DNA of 64,000 bases from an uncultured delta proteobacterium (GTDB lineage Bacteria > Desulfobacterota > Binatia > Binatales > Binataceae). The notes below the pieces were generated by a model that was not told where the DNA came from, ran no database searches, and worked only from the letters and a program-made list of their open reading frames with translations. The DNA lies in contig CAWCDG010000007.1 of NCBI GenBank assembly GCA_963794325.1, positions 64,001-128,000 on the forward strand. The letters run 5' to 3'. Numbering within the stretch: position 1 is the stretch's first letter; every line of letters starts with the position of its first letter. The position numbers and the translations under genes were made by a program. Shown in pieces: positions 38,518 through 47,899 of the stretch.

Positions 38518-38912
38518 GAGAGCGAGACGCCCAATTTGATCGGAAGCGTACCGACGATAGCGATGGTCTGCGTATAGTTGACGATTGCGTTTCGCCGCTC
38601 CGCCCAAGCGACCAGTTACGCGTTGCTGCAGATCGGCATCGCGCGTTTTGTCTGTTTTGTCGAAGTGAAGGCCACGTCGTTCTGCCTCCCTTATACAGAG
38701 TCTCGCCATCGGAAGTTTTCGTTTCCAAGTAAGTTCCATGGCGCATCAAGTTGCGTGCGGATTAAAGGCAAACGGCGGACTATTTTGGCTGGCGGGTATT
38801 TGGTCACGCGGCCGCAACCCTATCAGGCTGGTTACCCCTGCGTTACCCGAAGGAATTCAGGGTAACACCGATCACCCGTTAAATCCGATCCTCATTCTGC
38901 CCGTGCGTTGTT

Positions 38913-38988
<76 letters not shown>

Positions 38989-39020
38989 ACCGTCGAAGAA
39001 TGTTTACGTAGCAGGATGTT

Positions 39021-39097
39021 TGGGGTGAGTGAAGGGATTTGAACCCTCGACCGCCGGAGCCACAATCCGATGCTCTGCCAACTGAGCTACACTCACC
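39021..39097 (-). tRNA. tRNA-His(GTG)
   Basis: G-1 plus GTGAGTGTAGCTCAGTTGG...ATTGTGGCT...GTTCAAATCC...CCCCA. Confidence 0.96.
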
Positions 39098-39156
39098 ATC
39101 TCTATCATTCAATCCCATCCAGCGCCTCGTGGCGGGGATTCTGAAATAAGCCTCCG

Positions 39157-39233
<77 letters not shown>

Positions 39234-39236
39234 GTA

Positions 39237-39310
39237 TCGGGGCGAGCCGATTTGAACGGCCGACCCCCTGCTCCCAAGGCAGGTGCGCTACCAAGCTGCG
39301 CTACGCCCCG
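39237..39310 (-). tRNA. tRNA-Pro(TGG), CCA not encoded
   Basis: CGGGGCGTAGCGCAGCTTGGTAGCGCACCTGCCTTGGGAGCAGG...GTTCAAATC...CCCCGA. Confidence 0.95.
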
Positions 39311-39685
39311 AGCCTTTAGGAAGTAACATACGCACCATCGCCTCTCAACCAACGATGCTCCGAGCAGCAATTTTTTGTTCGTCGATACGTTCGCACAGTG
39401 AGTCCTGGTGATTGCGATCGTTGTGAATAAATCATCTCGTCGATTCCGATCGCGACTGTATCGATGCATGATGCGGGAGCATCCATGCAGTCCGCTCGCT
39501 GCAATCCCGAAGATGCACCGCGCCCATTCTGAGCATTTTGAGATCGCATCCAGCGTACCCATCGCAACTTGCAAAACTCGTGATTTTCCCTGAAAAGTGG
39601 CCGAAATTGAGACTTTCAAAGATACGGCGTCGCAGAAAGAGAAAAAAATTTGCTGCCCCAAGTAGATTTCGTCTCGATTTTTTTC

Positions 39686-39701
39686 AGGCACAAGCTTTGC
39701 T
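39686..39701 (+). promoter_or_regulatory. Sigma-54 (-24/-12) promoter
   Basis: AGGCAC-AAGCT-TTGCT versus consensus TGGCAC-N5-TTGCW; GG 39687-88, GC 39699-700. Confidence 0.7.
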
Positions 39702-39710
39702 CTACAAATG

Positions 39711-39835
39711 GTTGCGCTGACAATCTCCTCCCCCGAGACCCAGCGCCTGTCCCCAAGCAAAGGCCGGGCTACTTGATCCGTCGGCTCCCCAACCGCGGTC
39801 CCCACTAGTAGCCCGGCCGTTCTCTTTCTTTTTTC
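39711..39835 (+). ncRNA. Putative sRNA with C-rich (UCCCC) loops
   Basis: Two stem-loops with loops CTCCCCC and CTCCCCAA, linker TCCCCAA, terminal 12-bp stem plus U-rich tract; starts ~11-12 nt after the sigma-54 -12 element. Confidence 0.62.
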
Positions 39836-39913
39836 AGTTTTTTCAAAAAAATTGACCGCGAGGCCCAGCCTGCCGATTTCTGCTAGGCTTACCCGAAGCC
39901 GGATGCGGTCCGG

Positions 39914-40606
39914 CTGGGGGAATTTATCACTCGCCTCAGGCAACGAACGCATATTTGCGCGTCGATCGTCGCGATATCAGCGGCGGCGATCGCAGTTGGG
40001 CTCAGTGGATGCTGGCTCGGAGCTGCTCAACTCGCGCCTCTCGCCGCCAGTGCGGCCGAGCAGGTCGGCGGCGGTGCGCTGGAGTTGGCTGCCGGGGTTG
40101 GCGCATCGACGCATGGCGACGCTGCGCGCGCAAAGCAGGCAGAAGCCGCGCGCGCGACTGCGATGAATAGCGGCGACGCCTGCAATCAGCTGGAAGTCGA
40201 AGTTCCCGACGTGATCGAGCTGCGCAGGAGCGCCAGCGGATCGCCCGAATATCGCGAGTTGCAAATCAGCGATTCGATCGACCAGCCGCAATGGGCGGCG
40301 ATAACCGACAGCGACACTACCAGCGATGGATGGCGGCCGGCGGTTAATTTTCTTCAGATGAATTTCACGCCGCCGCTCGGCGCGGTCGTACCCGAATCGG
40401 CCAGCAGCTTCCTGGCATACGCGCCCTCCAAAGTCATCACCGCGGCCGACGGCGATCGGCTAACCGCAATGACTTCGAATTTCGGCAAACCGATCGGAAC
40501 CTTCACCTGGAACGGAAACTTCTATCACTACGTTGTGACCAGCTCGCTGCCATGCTTTCCGCCGCCGCCCGAGCGCATCGCTCAGGACGCTCCCACCGCT
40601 CGGTGA
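39914..40606 (+). CDS. Hypothetical lipoprotein, probable non-canonical (CTG) start
   Basis: The frame of ORF 40085..40606 is open back to TAG 39884 and encodes ...IVAISAAAIAVGLSGC (lipobox) upstream of the first TTG. Confidence 0.55.
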   Translation: MGEFITRLRQRTHICASIVAISAAAIAVGLSGCWLGAAQLAPLAASAAEQVGGGALELAAGVGASTHGDAARAKQAEAARATAMNSGDACNQLEVEVPDVIELRRSASGSPEYRELQISDSIDQPQWAAITDSDTTSDGWRPAVNFLQMNFTPPLGAVVPESASSFLAYAPSKVITAADGDRLTAMTSNFGKPIGTFTWNGNFYHYVVTSSLPCFPPPPERIAQDAPTAR

Positions 40607-40631
40607 TTCTGCATATCGGTGGCGAGCAACG

Positions 40632-42452
40632 TCAGCCGTGCTCGCGCGCATAGCCTCGAGGCAGGCGAGACGCGCCGGCGACTCGGCCCTTCGCGCGTTG
40701 CAGGATAAAGCTGCGGACCGCGCGGCGCGCTTCATTGTCGCTGGCGCAGATTTGAGAACATCCCGCGTTGATAAGCTCGTCCGACGCCTCAACTGAGGCC
40801 GGCCCGCTCGCAACAATCGTCGCGCTCGTCGACATCGAGCGCAGCGCCTTCACCAGTTCAATCGTCGCCGGGATAAATTTCTCGTCGATGCACGAAATGA
40901 ACACGAAGTCCGGCCTGAACCGCTTTACCAGGCCGCAAATTTCGGCCGCCGATTTATTCTCGCCGGAAAAGCTCGCGACCATCCCGTCTATGCGCAGCAG
41001 CTCGAGCAACATCAGCAGGTTCAGGAAGTTCACGTCGCCCGGCGCCATCGCGCCCAGTACTCGCACGCTCGGAGAAATGTGCGCTTTGACGAATCTGCCG
41101 GCCAGCTCGCCGATCAGCTGATGCGTCGTTTCGAGAATGAGCCGCTCGTTTTCCTCGCTGATACTGTTTCCCGCGCGCTCCTCCTTGGTCAGATCCAGGG
41201 CCGGCTGAATCACATCTTCGAAGGTTCGTCCGAGGCCGTTCTCATCGCAGTAGCGAATCGCAACCTGTCTCGCGCCGTCCGGATTCATCTCGAGCAACAT
41301 CCGGTAGAAGTCGTGAAAGTCGGCGAGCACCCGATCCGCGCCGAGCAGTACCGCGAGAAATCCGAGCGGCGGAACATAGTCACCCGACACCTTCAGGCAT
41401 GCGGTCAACGGCGTCGATAGCAGCAGCCCCGGTATTCCCCACAGCCACGACCAGTACATCGCGGATATCAGCAGCGCTACCGGCGAGACGTCGATTCCGT
41501 GCCCGATGATAAACGGCTCGGCAATCTGCGCCGCAACCTGATCGAGAATGATGAGGGCGGCAAGTATCTCGAGCGCCTTGCTCCAGCCGGGGAACATCGC
41601 AAAAGCGACCAGCGCCGGAAGAAACGCGGAACTCATCGCGCCCACGTACGGAATGAATCGCAACAGGAATGCAACCACTCCCCACAGCGCCGCGCTCGGC
41701 AAATCGAGATACCATGCGACGGCTCCGGTGGCGATCCCGTACGCAAGATTGATCGCCGAAAAAAGAAACAAATATCGGCCGACGTTATAGCTCGCGGTCT
41801 CGAGTGCCTCCGCCGCGATCGGAACTCTCGCGCGCGCCGCTAGCCGGACAAATCGATCGCGCAAATCCTTTCTGCTGTAGAGCAGAAAAAACAGCAGCAC
41901 GATGATCAGCAGCGTGTTGACGATCAGGTCGATTATCGGCGCAACCGGCTTCAGGCTGTCACCTAGCGGCGACGCTATCGGCATCGCTACCACTTCGCGA
42001 GGACGCCGCGGTGGAGGATTCGCGCTCTCCACGCGGCGCTGCACGTCGGTCACCGCCTCCTTGACGTGCTGAAGCCATACCGGCGTGTTCTTTTCCAGCG
42101 CCGCTATCTTATTCCCGATATTGTCCGAATACTCGGAAACCTGGTCGGCGACCGTCGTCAATTCAGTGGTCAGGAAATAACCAAGAGCACCGATGAAGCC
42201 GATCACAAGAATCACTACCAGTGCCGCGCTGATGAAGCGCCCGCAGTACGGCTCGAGGCGGCTCGCTACCGGACTGAACACCACGCTCATTATCAGCGCG
42301 ATCGCGAGCGGGAGCAGGACCGGTTTCGCGAAATAGAGAGCAGCGGTGCCGATGATCAACGCGCATATCGGAACCGCGACCCAAAGCAGTTCGAAGCGAT
42401 CGTCGATCTCCTCGTAGGACAATTGCTCCGAATCGTGTTCAATTTCCGCCAA
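40632..42452 (-). CDS. AI-2E family transporter with C-terminal B12-binding-like domain
   Basis: LLRFIPYVG, EP.IIG..IDVSP, W.WLWG.PGLLLSTPLT; C-terminal Rossmann-like RPDFVFISC; RBS GAGGTG. Confidence 0.87.
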   Translation of the reverse strand: MAEIEHDSEQLSYEEIDDRFELLWVAVPICALIIGTAALYFAKPVLLPLAIALIMSVVFSPVASRLEPYCGRFISAALVVILVIGFIGALGYFLTTELTTVADQVSEYSDNIGNKIAALEKNTPVWLQHVKEAVTDVQRRVESANPPPRRPREVVAMPIASPLGDSLKPVAPIIDLIVNTLLIIVLLFFLLYSRKDLRDRFVRLAARARVPIAAEALETASYNVGRYLFLFSAINLAYGIATGAVAWYLDLPSAALWGVVAFLLRFIPYVGAMSSAFLPALVAFAMFPGWSKALEILAALIILDQVAAQIAEPFIIGHGIDVSPVALLISAMYWSWLWGIPGLLLSTPLTACLKVSGDYVPPLGFLAVLLGADRVLADFHDFYRMLLEMNPDGARQVAIRYCDENGLGRTFEDVIQPALDLTKEERAGNSISEENERLILETTHQLIGELAGRFVKAHISPSVRVLGAMAPGDVNFLNLLMLLELLRIDGMVASFSGENKSAAEICGLVKRFRPDFVFISCIDEKFIPATIELVKALRSMSTSATIVASGPASVEASDELINAGCSQICASDNEARRAVRSFILQRAKGRVAGASRLPRGYAREHG

Positions 42453-42498
42453 CGAGAATCACCTCGACACCTGACGAGCTTGGTGCCGCTATTCTTTG

Positions 42499-42514
42499 TG
42501 CAATACCTATTCCA
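42499..42514 (-). promoter_or_regulatory. Sigma-54 promoter for the AI-2E gene
   Basis: Minus strand TGGAAT-AGGTA-TTGCA (GG-N10-GC), predicting a leader of about 36 nt. Confidence 0.55.
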
Positions 42515-43064
42515 CGTCGCAACTACGCCGATTGCACACGCCCGAGCGCGCAATCTTTGCCGAACTCAGCGATCCCTGCATTTTTTTCCGAGTCATTTGG
42601 GCCGTAGAAATCATGCGCCGCAAAACCGATTGGAAGATTGCGTTCCGCAAGCCATTTTCCCCGGCCTCGATGTTCGGCACATCGATTGCTCTCTAGGTCC
42701 CGATAGCTCGGAGGGTGCGTCGGAGCCCGCAAAACTACTTCACCCTCAACCCCGGTCCCCCATGCGGCTCCGGCGCAACCCTCCGATTAAAAATGCGCGC
42801 GAATCTTCATTAAAATCGCCGACCGTCATTCGCGGGCCCCGATGGCGCCTGAAATGTCCCGTTTTATCTATACATTTTGGCGATTTCCGGATGACTCAGC
42901 CGATTCTTCAGGATACGGTAAAATAGATATCGCCAGCGCCCTACTGGATTTCGCTCGCCGCGAAATATAAGAAGGCAGGTCCGGGGAAACGCTGAAAATT
43001 AGGCGTCCCCGCAAACGCGATTGCGCTAAGATTCGCGCGGAGAGCGCGCGGGAGGTTGCAAGTC

Positions 43065-43946
43065 ATGCCGGCTCGTTCCATATCAACCGCCAGTCTGACC
43101 TTCGGACTCGTCTCGATTCCCGTGCGATTGTTCCCCGCAACGAGTTCCAAATCGGTGTCCTTCCATCTGCTGCACGCGAAGGACATGAGCCGGATTCAGC
43201 AGAAAATTTATTGCCCCAAGGAAGACAAGATCGTCGATCGCAGCGAGCTGGTCCGCGGCTACGAAGTCGAAAAGGATCGCTACGTCACCTTCACCGACGA
43301 AGAGCTGAAAAAACTCGAAGCGCAAGCCGATCGCGCCGTCGAAATAACCGAGTTCATCCCCGCGTCGGAAGTCGACCCGGTATATTTCGAAAATTCGTAT
43401 CTGCTCGGATGCGAGCCGACTTCGGCCAAGGCGTACCATCTGCTGCAGGAGGCGATGACCAAGGCCGATAAAGTGGGCGTCGCGAAATACACGATGCGCG
43501 GAAAGGAACGCCTCGTGCTGATACGCCCGTACGACGGCGGCCTGATGCTGCATACGATGTACTACAACGACGAGATCCGCTCGTTCGGGGAAATCGATCA
43601 CGGCGTCAACGCTACGGTCAAAGAATCAGAGCTCGGCCTAGCGCAGCGGCTCCTGGATGACCTCACTGAAAAAAAATTCAAGCCCGACGAATTCAAGGAT
43701 AATTATCGAGAGCGCGTGATCGAGGCGGCCGAACAAAAGATGGCGGGTCACGAATTGACCGAGCCCGCCCCCGAAGCGGCCCACGGCAAAGTGATCGATC
43801 TGATGAGTGCGCTAAAGGAATCGCTCAAAAAGCGCGGCGTCGCAGTCAACGAAGATCGCGAAGAGGCTCCCGCCACCGCAGAAGCCGAAGAACGCAAAGT
43901 CGCCCAGGGCTCGCGAAGACCATCGCGCGCCCGGCGCGCCCACTAG
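43065..43946 (+). CDS. ku: NHEJ DNA-end-binding protein Ku
   Basis: LTFGLVSIPVRL, LVRGYE, VDPVYF, VIDLMSALKESL, basic tail. Confidence 0.96.
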   Translation: MPARSISTASLTFGLVSIPVRLFPATSSKSVSFHLLHAKDMSRIQQKIYCPKEDKIVDRSELVRGYEVEKDRYVTFTDEELKKLEAQADRAVEITEFIPASEVDPVYFENSYLLGCEPTSAKAYHLLQEAMTKADKVGVAKYTMRGKERLVLIRPYDGGLMLHTMYYNDEIRSFGEIDHGVNATVKESELGLAQRLLDDLTEKKFKPDEFKDNYRERVIEAAEQKMAGHELTEPAPEAAHGKVIDLMSALKESLKKRGVAVNEDREEAPATAEAEERKVAQGSRRPSRARRAH

Positions 43947-43973
43947 CGATTGGATCACACGCAGCGACGATCG

Positions 43974-46622
43974 ATGTCGCTAACCAAATACCGCCGCAAA
44001 CGAAGCGCCGAAAACACTCCCGAACCGTTCGGTCGCGAGGTTCCGACCCCAACTTCCAACACCAGCGGCAGCTTCGTCGTTCAGAAGCATGCGGCGCGAC
44101 GCCTCCACTACGACTTTCGACTCGAGATGGAAGGCGTCTTGCGCTCATGGGCGGTCCCCAAAGGACCCTCGATGAATCCCGTCGACAAGCATCTCGCAGT
44201 CGCCGTCGAGGACCATCCGCTGGAATACGGCGATTTCGAAGGCGTCATTCCACCCGGAAATTACGGCGCAGGCTCGGTCATCGTCTGGGATCGCGGCGTG
44301 TACGAAGTCATCGACCCTCCGGGAGACGCCGCCGACGCGGTCCGCAAGGGGAAAATCGATATCAACCTGCACGGCTTCAAACTGAACGGCGCGTTCACCC
44401 TCGTGCATACCGGAGGCCGTCGCAATGGCGACCCAAAGGACGAGAAGAACTGGCTGCTGATCAAAAAGCGCGACCAATACGCGACGACTGAAAATGTATT
44501 CGACGCGCATCCGCGCTCTGTCCTGTCCGGATCGACCATTGAAGAACTAGCCGACGCGCCCGCCGCCGAGCGCAAGCTCGCTGACAGTCTCGCGCACAAG
44601 CATCTTCCTGAACTGAATACAAAGCTGAAATACTCAGACTTCCCTCTGACGCTTGCCAAAAGCGTTGATGATCCTTTCGACAATGACAAGTGGCTATTCG
44701 AAATAAAATACGACGGCGTGCGCGTACTGGCTATTCGCGAAGGTGAGAATACTCATTTGTACGCCCGCAAGGGTACCGATATTACTAATCGATATCCCGA
44801 AGTAGTGCTCGCGCTGAACTCGATTGCGCTCGACAGGTTCGTGCTCGACGGCGAGATCGTCGCTCCTGATGATCGCGGACGTCCGAGCTTCCAACTCCTG
44901 CAAAGAAGGATGCACGTCAACGATGCACGTCAGATCGCTCGCCTGAGCCTGGCGGTGCCGGTCAACTACCACGTCTTCGATCTGCTAGGCTTCGATCGTT
45001 TCGACACGCGCACGCTCCCTCTCGAAGAACGCAAACGTCTCCTTGGCGAGTTGATCCACAGTGACGGTCCGGTCCGCTACTGCGATCATGTGATCGGCCG
45101 GGGCAAGGATTTTTACGATGTAATATCCGAGCACGAGCTGGAAGGTATGGTAGCCAAACTGCGCGATTCACCTTATCGCGGGACGCGCACCGGCGATTGG
45201 CTGAAGATCAAACGCCCGCTGACCAGATATTTTGTGATCGGCGGCTACAGCGACCCCGACGGAACTCGAACTCACTTCGGCGCGCTGCTGCTCGGCCAAT
45301 ACGAATCGGACGACGCGCTCCGATACACCGACAAGGCCGGCTCGGGCTTTAGCCAGGAAACCTTGCGTAAGATTCATGCGATGCTTGCCGAGCGTGCGCA
45401 GCAGGAATCGCCGTTCCGAAAACCAGCTCCGGGCGAGCCCTCTCCCGGACAAAATGTGCATTTCGTGCGGCCAGAACTGGTCTGCAAGGTTCGCTTCACC
45501 GAATGGACCGATAGCGGCGGCATCCGCCAGCCGAGCTTTTTGGGCATGGCGCCGGACGTCGATCCGCGGGATTGCAAATACGAGGGGCCGGGAGCCTTGC
45601 CACTGTCCGATAGCGAAGACAACGAGGTTGCGGAAACAAACGGAAGCGCCGATGTGAAGCAATCCAAAGCTCGGAGCAAGGCCGCGACCGCACCACCCGC
45701 GGAACCGAAGGCGTCGGTTACCAATCCTGAAAAAATCTTCTGGCCGAATGACGGCTACACCAAGGGCGACCTGGTCGCATACTATCGCGCGATTTCAAAA
45801 TGGATGTTGCCGTACCTGAAGGACCGGCCGGTGATGCTCACCCGATGGCCCGACGGAATCGACGGCAAGATGTTCTATCAGAAGGATGCACCCGCATTCG
45901 CGCCGCCGTGGATTCGTACCGAGAAGATATACTCCGAGGACTCGCAGCGGGAGATTTCCTATTTCATCATCGACAGCGAAGAGGCGCTCGCCTACGTCGC
46001 GAACCTCGCCGCGATCACGATTCATATGTGGTCGTCGCGCATTCAGCACCTCGAGCGTCCCGACTGGCTACTGTTCGATATCGATCCCAAGGGCAGCACG
46101 ACCATGAATGCGGTAGAAGTCGCGCGCGAAGTAGCTAATGTGCTGCGCGAGGTAGGACTGGAACCAGTTCTGAAGACTTCGGGCCAAATGGGTCTCCATG
46201 TAGTAGTCGGACTAGCGCCGAAATATACTTACGAACAAGCGAAGATGTTCTCGGAGTTAGTAGCGCAGGTAGTAGTCAGCCGCATCCCTAAAGTCGCGAC
46301 GATCAACCGCAATCCGCACACTCGCAAAGGCCGCGTGTATATCGACTACTTGCAACTCGGCCACGGCAAGACTATCGCCGCGACATTCTCAGTGCGTCCG
46401 GTCCCGCGCGCCCCGGTCTCCGCGCCGATGACCTGGAAGGAACTGAAGCCGTCTCTGGATCCCACGATCTACAACATCAAAACGATGCCCGCCCGAATGT
46501 CGCGAATGAAACGCGATCCTTTCCTCGACGCAATCGAAAAGCACGCCGTCCTGGAGGACGCCCTCCCTCATTTGGAGACACTGCTCAGCGGCTCTGGAAG
46601 CCGCTCTCAGGTCACTCTTTAG
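43974..46622 (+). CDS. ligD: DNA ligase D (phosphoesterase-ligase-polymerase)
   Basis: FVVQKHAARRLHYDFRLE, EIKYDG, EGMVAK, WLKIK, DIDP, KTSG..GLH, IDYLQ. Confidence 0.96.
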   Translation: MSLTKYRRKRSAENTPEPFGREVPTPTSNTSGSFVVQKHAARRLHYDFRLEMEGVLRSWAVPKGPSMNPVDKHLAVAVEDHPLEYGDFEGVIPPGNYGAGSVIVWDRGVYEVIDPPGDAADAVRKGKIDINLHGFKLNGAFTLVHTGGRRNGDPKDEKNWLLIKKRDQYATTENVFDAHPRSVLSGSTIEELADAPAAERKLADSLAHKHLPELNTKLKYSDFPLTLAKSVDDPFDNDKWLFEIKYDGVRVLAIREGENTHLYARKGTDITNRYPEVVLALNSIALDRFVLDGEIVAPDDRGRPSFQLLQRRMHVNDARQIARLSLAVPVNYHVFDLLGFDRFDTRTLPLEERKRLLGELIHSDGPVRYCDHVIGRGKDFYDVISEHELEGMVAKLRDSPYRGTRTGDWLKIKRPLTRYFVIGGYSDPDGTRTHFGALLLGQYESDDALRYTDKAGSGFSQETLRKIHAMLAERAQQESPFRKPAPGEPSPGQNVHFVRPELVCKVRFTEWTDSGGIRQPSFLGMAPDVDPRDCKYEGPGALPLSDSEDNEVAETNGSADVKQSKARSKAATAPPAEPKASVTNPEKIFWPNDGYTKGDLVAYYRAISKWMLPYLKDRPVMLTRWPDGIDGKMFYQKDAPAFAPPWIRTEKIYSEDSQREISYFIIDSEEALAYVANLAAITIHMWSSRIQHLERPDWLLFDIDPKGSTTMNAVEVAREVANVLREVGLEPVLKTSGQMGLHVVVGLAPKYTYEQAKMFSELVAQVVVSRIPKVATINRNPHTRKGRVYIDYLQLGHGKTIAATFSVRPVPRAPVSAPMTWKELKPSLDPTIYNIKTMPARMSRMKRDPFLDAIEKHAVLEDALPHLETLLSGSGSRSQVTL

Positions 46623-46995
46623 CCTTCGGCGGCGCAGTCACTTCATTGAACGCGCGGATAGCTTCCACTGCGGTCGGTACGCCGCTGTACTGCGAGACGT
46701 GAACGATCAGCTCTTTGATCTCCTCGGGCGGGATCCCGAGGTTCAACGCTCCGCGCATATGCAGTCGCAGCTCGGGTCCGCGTCCGAGCGCCATCAGAGC
46801 GGTCATGGTGAGTAGCGAGCGCAACTTGATGGGCAAGCCCGGACGACTCCAGATCGTGCCGAACAGTTGCTCGTTGAGAAAGGTGGCGAATCCCTCGTCG
46901 AAGGTTCGGAGGAACTTGTCGCCGTCCTGTGCGGCCTTCTCGCCAAACAACTTGGTGCGCACTTCCATTCCTTTCTTCGCTGATTCGTCAGACAT
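46612..46995 (-). CDS. Carboxymuconolactone decarboxylase family protein
   Basis: FGTIWSRPGL..K.RSL, ELRLHMRGAL, YSGVP. Confidence 0.9.
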   Translation of the reverse strand: MSDESAKKGMEVRTKLFGEKAAQDGDKFLRTFDEGFATFLNEQLFGTIWSRPGLPIKLRSLLTMTALMALGRGPELRLHMRGALNLGIPPEEIKELIVHVSQYSGVPTAVEAIRAFNEVTAPPKAKE

Positions 46996-47025
46996 GCGAA
47001 CACCTCCGCGGTGAAGTTGCGACAG

Positions 47026-47805
47026 TTATGCGTTGCGAATCATCAGGCCGCCATCAACCGGAATGACGGCGCCGGTGATGTATGAAGCGGCCGGCAGGCA
47101 AAGGCTGAACGTTATATGCGCGACCTCTTCCGGATAGCCGTATCGCTTAAGCGCAGTGCGGCGCTTGGCGAAAATCGTCTTGTGCTCTTCGGGGATCGCG
47201 TCGGTCAGAGCGGTGCGAATCGGTCCGGGGCAGATGCAATTCACCGTTATTCCCTCGGGCCCGAGATCAACCGCCAGCGCGCGCGTGAGCCCTATCACTC
47301 CGGTCTTCGCGACTGCGTAAGGACTGTCGCCAGGAGTCGCGCCGAGACCCTCAGTCGATGCGATATTGACGATGCGCGCGGCGTCAGACTTACGAAGATG
47401 CACCAGCGCGGCACGGACCATCCGCTGTTGCCCAGTTAGCAAGCCCGCGATGGTGCGATCCCAGATGAGATCGTAATCGTCGTTGCCGAGCGGGGAGAAT
47501 CCGCCGAAGCCGGCGTTATTAATGAGAATGTCGAGGCGGCCAAAATGCGCGGCGACTTCCGCGACGACGCGCTTGATCTCGGCCGCGTCGGACACGTCGA
47601 GCCGCCATCCATGCGCGGTCCCTCCATTGGCTGCAATCTCCTCAACGACGCGGGCAACGCCCGCTTCATTGATATCGGTAATCGCAACCAGCGCGCCGTG
47701 CTGTGCAAATAGATGAGCGGTCGCACGGCCCATCCCGCTGGCCGCGCCAGTGACGATCACCGCGCGTCCCTTAACCGATCGATCGAGTTTCTTCACTGGA
47801 TCCAT
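47026..47805 (-). CDS. SDR family oxidoreductase
   Basis: TGAASGMG, NNAG, YAVAK, CPGPIRT. Confidence 0.93.
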   Translation of the reverse strand: MDPVKKLDRSVKGRAVIVTGAASGMGRATAHLFAQHGALVAITDINEAGVARVVEEIAANGGTAHGWRLDVSDAAEIKRVVAEVAAHFGRLDILINNAGFGGFSPLGNDDYDLIWDRTIAGLLTGQQRMVRAALVHLRKSDAARIVNIASTEGLGATPGDSPYAVAKTGVIGLTRALAVDLGPEGITVNCICPGPIRTALTDAIPEEHKTIFAKRRTALKRYGYPEEVAHITFSLCLPAASYITGAVIPVDGGLMIRNA

Positions 47806-47899
47806 TTCAATTCTCCGTGCCGATAATTTCGAGCTACCACACCGAGGTCAGTTGAGGTAGTGAAACAGAGTAATTGTCACAACGAAGCGGGAGATAACA

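Noticed and set aside
43065-46622. Ku-LigD as a novel system
   Set aside because: Well-characterised NHEJ pair with a standard PE-LIG-POL domain order.
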